From: an uncultured Clostridia bacterium
Lineage (GTDB): Bacteria > Bacillota > Clostridia > Oscillospirales > Acutalibacteraceae
NCBI GenBank assembly: GCA_937920235.1
Contig: CALGUK010000049.1
Location: forward strand, 3,151 to 67,150
Length of the DNA: 64,000 nt
Reading direction: 5' to 3'
The notes beneath the pieces are model-generated. The model saw nothing but the letters and a program-made list of their open reading frames with translations. It was not told the DNA's origin and searched no databases. Shown one piece after another: positions 57,651 through 64,000 of this stretch; position 1 is the stretch's first letter; each line of letters begins with the position of its first letter. A program made the translations under genes and the position numbers.

Positions 57651-57690
57651 ACGGTGTGGTACTTCTCACGGAGTATCACACCGTTTTTTA
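57651..57690 (+). terminator. rho-independent terminator after the second LRR gene
   Basis: 12-bp hairpin acggtgtggtac / gtatcacaccgt (one G-U pair) followed by TTTTTT. Confidence 0.85.
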
Positions 57691-57714
57691 TTATCTCCCT
57701 TAATAACGAAACTA

Positions 57715-57742
57715 TTGAAAATAAATATTTATATGGTATAAT
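57715..57742 (+). promoter_or_regulatory. sigma-A promoter of the small ORF/AIM24 pair
   Basis: TTGAAA, a 16-nt spacer, then TGGTATAAT (extended -10). Confidence 0.5.
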
Positions 57743-57779
57743 TTTCCTGAGGATATTTTTAAAACAGGAGTTGTGTGTT

Positions 57780-57956
57780 GTGGGTAAAGTAAAGTTAAAC
57801 GCCTCCCGTAATTACGGTATTGATTTTGCGAGAATCAAACTTTTTGAACTGTTAAAAATCAAAGAACTTTCCGTAAAATCGGTTGATTTTATCACGCGGA
57901 TCATAAATAAGAAAAATGATAGCAAAGAAAAGGAAAATTCAGATATTCTTGTCTGA
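57780..57956 (+). CDS. small hypothetical protein (58 aa)
   Basis: GTG start 9 nt after an AGGAG RBS, downstream of the promoter at 57715. The longer 57654 ORF would include the terminator hairpin and the promoter. Confidence 0.35.
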   Translation: MGKVKLNASRNYGIDFARIKLFELLKIKELSVKSVDFITRIINKKNDSKEKENSDILV

Positions 57957-57992
57957 AAAGATATTTAATTTTAAAAAGGGGAGGCATCAATT

Positions 57993-58715
57993 ATGTTGAA
58001 TTTTAAAATTGAGGGAGGACATCTTCCGGTTGTAACCTGTTATCTTGAGCCGGGACAGACACTCTGTTCAGAAAGAGGTGCTATGAGCTGGATGAGTCCG
58101 AATATGCATATGGAAACCAGCTCAGGCGGCGGTTTTAAAAAAGCCTTCGGCAGACTTTTTACAGGCGATTCGATTTTTATGAATGAATATTCGGCTCAGG
58201 GACATACGGGAATGATAGCTTTTGCATCTTGTTTCCCGGGCTCAATTATTCCTTATGAGGTTACTCCCGGTAACGGAATAATCGTGCAGAAAAAAGGCTT
58301 TCTCGCAATGGAAAAAGAACTTGATTTATCTGTATATTTTCAGCGCAAGCTTGGCAGAGGCTTTTTCGGCGGCGAAGGATTTATTATGCAGAAAATTACG
58401 GGCAACGGAATAGTATTCCTTGAAATTGACGGACACTGTACCGAATATACTCTGGGAGCAGGTGAAAGCATTGTTGTTGATACAGGTTATCTTGCCGCAA
58501 TGAGTGAAAGTTGTACAATGGAGGTTGAAACCGTAAAAGGAGCAAAAAATGTTTTGTTCGGCGGTGAAGGCTTGTTCCACACAATTGTAACCGGTCCCGG
58601 TAAGGTATTCCTTCAGTCAATGCCGATATGGCAGACGGCTCAACAGCTTATTCCCTATCTGCCTGCGGCTTCAAGCGGCGACGGGGGAATAAAAATAAAT
58701 CTCGGCGGCGAATAA
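57993..58715 (+). CDS. AIM24/TIGR00266 (DUF124) family protein
   Basis: The sequence LEPGQTLCSERGAMSWMS...GEGFIMQKITGNG...GEGLFHTIVTGPGKVFLQS is typical of the family. Confidence 0.85.
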   Translation: MLNFKIEGGHLPVVTCYLEPGQTLCSERGAMSWMSPNMHMETSSGGGFKKAFGRLFTGDSIFMNEYSAQGHTGMIAFASCFPGSIIPYEVTPGNGIIVQKKGFLAMEKELDLSVYFQRKLGRGFFGGEGFIMQKITGNGIVFLEIDGHCTEYTLGAGESIVVDTGYLAAMSESCTMEVETVKGAKNVLFGGEGLFHTIVTGPGKVFLQSMPIWQTAQQLIPYLPAASSGDGGIKINLGGE

Positions 58716-58814
58716 AAAGCTTTTTATGCGTCCTCACTTATGTGGGGGCGTTATTTTTATAATATATTGAAAGTTATAAAAAAAGGTGGTAAAATAAAAA
58801 CATTGGAGTGTGAT

Positions 58815-59555
58815 ATGATGTATAAATTTGACGCACTTAATGTGAAAAATCAATGTGTGGAATGGATCAGAGACTTTTTTGAAAAAAACGGAAAAGACTG
58901 CAATGCCGTTGTGGGCATTTCAGGAGGAAAGGACTCGTCGATTGTTGCGGCTCTATGTGTTGAGGCATTGGGTAAGGACAGGGTAATCGGTGTGCTTATG
59001 CCTTACGGCGAGCAACACGATATTGATTGTGCAAAACAGCTTGTAGAATATCTCGGTATAAAGAATTATACCGTGAATATCAAAGAAACCGTGGACAGCC
59101 TTATGAAAAATCTCCCTGCAGATTTGGAAATTACACCTCAGACTGTGCAGAACATTCCTCCAAGAGTCAGAATGACAACTCTCTATGCCGTAAGTCAATC
59201 AGTTAACGGAAGAGTGGCAAATACCTGCAATCTCTCGGAGGATTGGGTCGGTTATTCAACCCGTTACGGCGATTCGGTAGGGGATTTCAGTCCGTGTTCC
59301 AATCTTACTGTGGCTGAAATGAAACAAATCGGTCATCTTTTGGGACTTCCCGAAAATCTTGTTGAGAAAACACCGATCGACGGCCTTTGCGGAAAGACTG
59401 ATGAAGATAATTTAGGTTTCACTTATGCCGAACTTGATAAATATATCAGAACAGGCGAAATCGACGACAAAGAAAAGCAAAAGCTTATAGATTATAAACA
59501 TAAAATCAATCAATTCAAACTCGAACTTATGCCATCATTCAAACCTAACATATAA
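58815..59555 (+). CDS. nadE: NH3-dependent NAD+ synthetase
   Basis: PP-loop GISGGKDSS with NadE-like length. ATG 58815 chosen; the ORF opens at 58740. Confidence 0.92.
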   Translation: MMYKFDALNVKNQCVEWIRDFFEKNGKDCNAVVGISGGKDSSIVAALCVEALGKDRVIGVLMPYGEQHDIDCAKQLVEYLGIKNYTVNIKETVDSLMKNLPADLEITPQTVQNIPPRVRMTTLYAVSQSVNGRVANTCNLSEDWVGYSTRYGDSVGDFSPCSNLTVAEMKQIGHLLGLPENLVEKTPIDGLCGKTDEDNLGFTYAELDKYIRTGEIDDKEKQKLIDYKHKINQFKLELMPSFKPNI

Positions 59556-59614
59556 CGCGTAGTGGCAGGCTTACATGCCTGCATAGTGTCATTCTGAGCG
59601 TAGCGAATAATCTC
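59556..59614. repeat. intergenic structured element: ACGCGTAG + GC hairpin + GTCATTCTGAGCGTAGCGAATAATCTC
   Basis: Hairpin gcaggc-ttacat-gcctgc directly after an ACGCGTAG head. The same head-plus-hairpin design recurs at 61538-61613. Confidence 0.5.
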
Positions 59615-59642
59615 AATAAATATTTATATCGGAGAAATTATT

Positions 59643-60101
59643 ATGTCAAACCAAAATCAAAAACTTACAAAAAAAGAAACAATAATTCAAATTGCAAAAT
59701 TCGTCGCATTTTCAATGGGCGCGGGAATAATTCAGATTGTGTCATATACAATTATTCACGAACTTACAGATTGTGTGCATTGGAAAGCATATCTTCCATC
59801 ACTTATTTTATCGGTTCTTTATAATTTTACAGTAAATCGTAAATTTACATTCAAATCCGCAAACAATGTACCCGTTGCAATGCTTAAGGTAGCACTTTTC
59901 TATTGCGTATTTACTCCAGTTTCTCTTTATCTCGGTCAGTTGGCAGAAAATGCAGGTGTAAATAACTATATAGTTGAAGTGGTGACGATGTCCTGCAACC
60001 TAATCACCGAATATCTGTATTGCCGGTTTGTCGTTTATCGCGGTTCAATGAACACAAACAAGCTTGCAGAAAAGGATAAAGCTAAATCTGATATCAAATA
60101 A
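59643..60101 (+). CDS. GtrA-like membrane protein
   Basis: 152 aa with 4 TM helices and the FVAFSMGAGIIQIVSY...NFTVNRKFTF pattern of the GtrA family. Confidence 0.85.
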   Translation: MSNQNQKLTKKETIIQIAKFVAFSMGAGIIQIVSYTIIHELTDCVHWKAYLPSLILSVLYNFTVNRKFTFKSANNVPVAMLKVALFYCVFTPVSLYLGQLAENAGVNNYIVEVVTMSCNLITEYLYCRFVVYRGSMNTNKLAEKDKAKSDIK

Positions 60102-60120
60102 TAAAAATGTACGGGCGATT

Positions 60121-60150
60121 TACGAATTGCCCGTGTTTTTGCAATAAGGT
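60121..60150 (+). terminator. rho-independent terminator after the gtrA-like gene
   Basis: Hairpin acgggcga / ttgcccgt followed by GTTTTT. Confidence 0.7.
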
Positions 60151-60223
60151 TTAATTTTGAAAAAACTATTGACTTCTACCCAAGGTAAAAATGTAAAATT
60201 GTTATCGTAAAGGGGGATTTACT

Positions 60224-61468
60224 GTGAAAATCAAGCAAGTTATGGCAAAAACCGGCCTTACTGACCGTGCAATAAGACTTTATATTGAAAACGAACTTGT
60301 AAAACCTGAATGTGATGAAAATTACAATGGCAGAAAAAGTATAGAGTTTTCTGAAACCGATGTTGAAAATCTTAAAAATATCGCCTTACTTCGCAAAGCA
60401 GATTTCTCAATTCAAGAAATTAAATCCTTGCAAATGGGTGGCGAAACAGCACAAAATACAATAAAAGAATACATAAACAGAACAAATGAAAAAATTCAGT
60501 TCAGTAGTGAAATAATCGAAAAAATCGGAACTCTTGCTGATGAAGAAAACATAACAATAGAAATCATATGCGAAAAACTTTCAAGTAATCTTATAAACGA
60601 ACAAGTCCCAGCAGAAGATATGGAACTCTCCCCAAAAGAACAGAAAGAGAAAACAAGATTTACAGTAATTTCAAAAATAGGAATGGTACTGGCAGGAATT
60701 ATGCAATTATTAAACTTGTACTTCATTTATGTTTTATTAGGTGCAAAATATCCTTGTTTCTTAGAACCTGAAAATAATATAGTATCTTATTTGTTACTTG
60801 AAATTCCAGTAAAATATTTTTATTCAATACAATTCTTAATATGTTTGACTATTTACCTAATATACAAGAAACATAAGAGGATAGGTAAAAAGAAAGACCG
60901 AAAAAAGATTGTAGCAACAATTCTTGTTGTTGTTTGGATACTATCTTGTTTGGTAAGTCCGGTAATTGCAATGGCAAACTTTTTCTGTTGGCAGTCAGGT
61001 ACAACAAACCCTGATAATTATTTGGATTTGGATTATACTGTTGATGTACTTAATGCAGAATCGTTATATATTTTTCCTCGAGCCATCCCATTGGATGCTG
61101 ATTCTAATTCTTCGATTATTAAAAAATATCCTAATACAACAAAATACTATTACTCCTATTTTGATGATTTATTTGGGTATGAATATGATGTGTTTGCTGA
61201 ATGGCAACTTTTTGAACATTCATATAATGAAGAAAAAGAAAGAGTTTTAGTTCTTGATGGTATTATGAGAGAAGAAACAAGAGGCGATTGGGTTTGCGTG
61301 TATTTTTGTGAGGATATAGAAGATAAATCTGAAGATTCGGATTTTTGCTATCAGTATCGATTTATGTTTTTTGCATATAATGATGAAACTTTAACAGTAA
61401 GATACATTTATAGTTCAGCGCATAAGGGGTATTTAAGTGAGGCATATTTTAATACTATTGAATGGTAA
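60224..61468 (+). CDS. membrane-anchored MerR-family protein with extracytoplasmic C-terminal domain
   Basis: N-terminal MerR HTH (IKQVMAKTGLTDRAIRLYIENELV), a linker helix, three predicted TM helices (about aa 155-260) and then a roughly 150-aa domain I do not recognise. GTG start. Confidence 0.8.
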   Translation: MKIKQVMAKTGLTDRAIRLYIENELVKPECDENYNGRKSIEFSETDVENLKNIALLRKADFSIQEIKSLQMGGETAQNTIKEYINRTNEKIQFSSEIIEKIGTLADEENITIEIICEKLSSNLINEQVPAEDMELSPKEQKEKTRFTVISKIGMVLAGIMQLLNLYFIYVLLGAKYPCFLEPENNIVSYLLLEIPVKYFYSIQFLICLTIYLIYKKHKRIGKKKDRKKIVATILVVVWILSCLVSPVIAMANFFCWQSGTTNPDNYLDLDYTVDVLNAESLYIFPRAIPLDADSNSSIIKKYPNTTKYYYSYFDDLFGYEYDVFAEWQLFEHSYNEEKERVLVLDGIMREETRGDWVCVYFCEDIEDKSEDSDFCYQYRFMFFAYNDETLTVRYIYSSAHKGYLSEAYFNTIEW

Positions 61469-61470
61469 CT

Positions 61471-61500
61471 AAGCGTGGTCTTTGACCACGCTTTTCATTT
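61471..61500 (+). terminator. rho-independent terminator after the MerR-like gene
   Basis: Hairpin aagcgtggtc / gaccacgctt followed by TTTCATTT. Confidence 0.7.
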
Positions 61501-61537
61501 GCCTTGCTTTGCAAATTTGAGTTTGTGGAATAAAACG

Positions 61538-61613
61538 CGTAGGGACAGAACTCCTGTTCTGTCCGCAATAACGAAGTAACTTCAACGGACAGACGGGGAC
61601 GTCTGTCCCTACG
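61538..61613. repeat. composite palindromic element: two inverted CGTAGGGACAGA-hairpin units
   Basis: Unit 1 is 61538-61565 (cgtagggacagaac-tcct-gttctgtccg). Unit 2 is inverted at 61586-61613 (cggacagacg-ggga-cgtctgtccctacg). Confidence 0.6.
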
Positions 61614-61712
61614 TGAACATCACGACAAACCTCGATTTGCCGAATAAATACAAAATTACTCTGCATTTTGCACTTTATTTTCAATTCCCACCAAAATTAT
61701 ATGAATTAACTC

Positions 61713-61741
61713 TTGAATTCCTACTGATTTTGTAGTATATT
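61713..61741 (+). promoter_or_regulatory. candidate sigma-A promoter of rrf2-metH
   Basis: TTGAAT, a 17-nt spacer, then TATATT. Confidence 0.4.
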
Positions 61742-61784
61742 AAATTGAAAACAAATCACAATACTCTAAAAGGGTGCAGTTATT

Positions 61785-62219
61785 ATGAAAATCTCAACAA
61801 AAGGCAGATATGCACTTCGTCTTATGACAGACCTTGCAATCCATAAAGAAGACGGCTATATCTCAATAAAATCTATTGCAACAAGACAAAACATAAGCGA
61901 AAAATATCTTGAACAGATTATCAAAATGCTTTCAAAAGAAAATCTTGTTGAAAGTACTCGCGGTGCACAGGGTGGATATAAACTTACTCGCGAGCCAATC
62001 GAATACACAGTAGGCGAAATTTTAAGAGTAACTGAGGGTAGTCTTGCTCCTGTTGCTTGTCTTGAAACCGATGACAATCCTTGCGAAAACTGTATGGACT
62101 GCGTAACTCTTGAAATCTGGCAATGCGTACTTGATGCAGTCAATAAGGTCGTTGACTCAATAACGCTTCAGTATCTTGTTGATAAACAGAAGGAAAAGGG
62201 GAACTGCGGATGTTGTTAA
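61785..62219 (+). CDS. Rrf2 family transcriptional regulator (Cys-cluster type)
   Basis: MKISTKGRYALRLMTDLA N-terminus, GGYKLTR and a C-terminal Cys cluster (CLETDDNPCENCMDC). Confidence 0.92.
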   Translation: MKISTKGRYALRLMTDLAIHKEDGYISIKSIATRQNISEKYLEQIIKMLSKENLVESTRGAQGGYKLTREPIEYTVGEILRVTEGSLAPVACLETDDNPCENCMDCVTLEIWQCVLDAVNKVVDSITLQYLVDKQKEKGNCGCC

Positions 62220-64000
62220 ACAGATTCGGTAAAGAACTACTTTTTTTTGACGGCGGAATGGGTACTCAACTTCAGAAAAAAGGTCTTAGTCCCGGGGAAT
62301 TGCCCGAAACTATGAATATAACCTGCCCTGATATCGTTAAGAGTGTTCACATGGATTATCTCAATGCAGGCTGTGATATCATAACCACCAATACATTCGG
62401 TGCAAACTCTCTTAAATTTGATAATGTGGAAGAAATTATATCCTCAGGTGTGCGCCTTGTAAAAGAGGCAATTCGTGAAAGCGGAAAAAAAGCTTATACG
62501 GCTCTGGATGTCGGTCCTACGGGGAAATTGCTCAAACCCTGCGGTACGCTGAGCTTTGATGAGGCATACAATCTGTTCAGAGAGCAGGTGACATCAGGCG
62601 AAAAAGCAGGCGCAGATCTGATTCTTATTGAGACAATGGGAGATTTGTATGAAATAAAGTCCGCTGTTCTTGCGGCAAAGGAAAATACCGGACTGCCTGT
62701 TTTTGTATCAATGATATTTGATAAAAAGGGTAAGCTGCTCACCGGTGGCGATGTCAGAACCGCCGTTGTAATGCTCGAAGGACTCGGTGTTGACGGAATC
62801 GGACTTAACTGCGGATTCGGACCCGATATAATGCAGAAATATGTAGATGAAGCGGTGAGGTGTTCCTCCACTCCGGTGTTTGCACAGCCGAATGCAGGAC
62901 TTCCGATGTCTGTTAACGGCAAGACCGTATATAACGTATCTCCCGAAGAATTTGCCAGAAAACAGCTGGATATACTGAAAAAAGGTGCTTGTGCATTGGG
63001 CGGATGCTGCGGAACAACTCCCGAACATATCAAGGCCATGGTTGATCTTTGTAAGAATGAAGAGATTATTCCCGTAACCCCAAAAAACATAACTGCCGTC
63101 TCGTCATACGGTAAGACAGTCGAGTTTTCTGAAAAGCCTGTAATTATCGGTGAGAGAATTAACCCGACGGGCAAGAAAATGCTGAAAGAAGCACTTCGAC
63201 ATAAGGATATTGAGTATATCTGCAACGAGGGTGCAAATCAATCGGATTGCGGAGCGGATATACTTGACGTAAATGTCGGACTACCCGAAATCAATGAAGC
63301 CGAAATGATGGTAAACTCGGTTAATGCACTTCAGAGTATATTGGATTTACCTTTACAGATTGATACGTCGGATGCCGGTGTAATGGAAAAGGCGCTGAGA
63401 ATATATAACGGCAAAGCAATGATAAACTCTGTCAACGGAAAGAAAGAGTCGATGGACAGTATCTTTCCTCTTGTCAGAAAATACGGGGGCGTCGTAGTCT
63501 GTCTGACCCTTGATGAGAACGGAATTCCGAATTCTTCTGAGGGCAGAATAAAAATTGCAGAAAAAATCATCAGAACTGCTGAGAGTTACGGCATATCAAA
63601 AAATGACCTGATATTCGACCCGCTGTGCATGAGCATCAGTACCGACAAGAACAATGCCGGTATTACGCTTGAGTGTGTGGAGAAGCTTACTGCTAAGGGG
63701 GTTAAAACCGTTCTCGGAGTGTCAAATATCTCATTCGGATTGCCGAACCGGGACCTTATCAACTCAACCTTTTTTGCCCTTGCACTTCAAAAAGGATTGA
63801 GTGCGGGAATAATCAATCCGAAAAGCGAAATGATGATGAATACATTGCTCTCATTTAATGCATTGAGCGGATTGGATGATAATTTTGAAAATTATATTTC
63901 AAAAACCACCGATGCACATACAGGTGCAGTAACGGAAAAAAACGATCTTAAAACTGCAGTTATAAAAGGATTGAAGGAGCAGGCAAAAAAAGAAACGGAA
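62210..64000 (+). CDS. metH: methionine synthase MetH-type (homocysteine S-methyltransferase + pterin-binding domains), 3' end outside window
   Basis: Hand translation from ATG 62210 is open to the window end and is not in the supplied ORF track. It contains LLFFDGGMGTQLQ, the Zn-ligand motifs LNCG and GGCCGTTP, and a pterin-binding region (IGERINPTGKK...NVGLP...). The start overlaps the rrf2 stop. Confidence 0.9.
   Translation, partial: MLLNRFGKELLFFDGGMGTQLQKKGLSPGELPETMNITCPDIVKSVHMDYLNAGCDIITTNTFGANSLKFDNVEEIISSGVRLVKEAIRESGKKAYTALDVGPTGKLLKPCGTLSFDEAYNLFREQVTSGEKAGADLILIETMGDLYEIKSAVLAAKENTGLPVFVSMIFDKKGKLLTGGDVRTAVVMLEGLGVDGIGLNCGFGPDIMQKYVDEAVRCSSTPVFAQPNAGLPMSVNGKTVYNVSPEEFARKQLDILKKGACALGGCCGTTPEHIKAMVDLCKNEEIIPVTPKNITAVSSYGKTVEFSEKPVIIGERINPTGKKMLKEALRHKDIEYICNEGANQSDCGADILDVNVGLPEINEAEMMVNSVNALQSILDLPLQIDTSDAGVMEKALRIYNGKAMINSVNGKKESMDSIFPLVRKYGGVVVCLTLDENGIPNSSEGRIKIAEKIIRTAESYGISKNDLIFDPLCMSISTDKNNAGITLECVEKLTAKGVKTVLGVSNISFGLPNRDLINSTFFALALQKGLSAGIINPKSEMMMNTLLSFNALSGLDDNFENYISKTTDAHTGAVTEKNDLKTAVIKGLKEQAKKETE

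Noticed and set aside
57654-57779. The long form (100 aa) of the ORF upstream of the AIM24 gene.
   Set aside because: Its first 40 codons span the terminator hairpin of the LRR operon and the -35/-10 elements of the next promoter. Only the 58-aa GTG-initiated version is plausible.
61469-61684. 71-aa ORF on the - strand (…VGTDVPVCPLKLLRYCGQNRSSVPT…).
   Set aside because: It is generated by reading through the GC-rich palindromic CGTAGGGACAG hairpin units and the terminator of the MerR-like gene. There is no RBS, and the sequence is better explained as a structured intergenic repeat.

Overview
This is a 64-kb chromosomal segment from a low-GC, spore-forming Clostridia genome. A cohesin/dockerin protein and the ylbJ-yqfC-yqfD sporulation genes point to an Oscillospiraceae/Ruminococcus-like organism. 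Almost every gene is on the + strand. No tRNA, rRNA, CRISPR array, transposase or integrase was seen.

Gene order:
- ppa fragment.
- A compact dcw cell-division cluster: mraZ-rsmH-ftsL-PBP-murE-murF-mraY-ftsW-murG-murA-ftsQ-ftsZ.
- A secreted cohesin+dockerin protein.
- ylbJ on the - strand, then yqfC-yqfD-phoH-ybeY-dgkA-era-recO-mutS2.
- ylxM-ffh-rpsP-KH-rimM-trmD.
- A polysaccharide deacetylase, ptsH, uvrC, a HAD phosphatase, rsmD-coaD, a pseudouridine synthase and a PucR-type regulator.
- ftsE-ftsX-M23 peptidase-ctpA, then greA-lysS.
- An accessory block of about 13 kb (44.7-57.7 kb), described below.
- AIM24-family gene, nadE, gtrA-like gene, a membrane-anchored MerR-like gene, and Rrf2-metH, with metH running off the window end.

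The accessory block is the most interesting part. It holds:
- a LytTR response regulator and a multi-pass GHKL histidine kinase;
- a tandem kinase paralog that lacks both the ATPase domain and the phospho-acceptor His;
- a convergent XRE repressor;
- two giant secreted BspA-type leucine-rich-repeat proteins, one of them fused to an S8 subtilase.

The two giant proteins share Cys/His-rich mini-repeats and a highly conserved C-terminal Cys/His-clamped amphipathic helix. The regulator operon and the first giant gene also share a phased-repeat promoter architecture, which ties sensor and effectors together.
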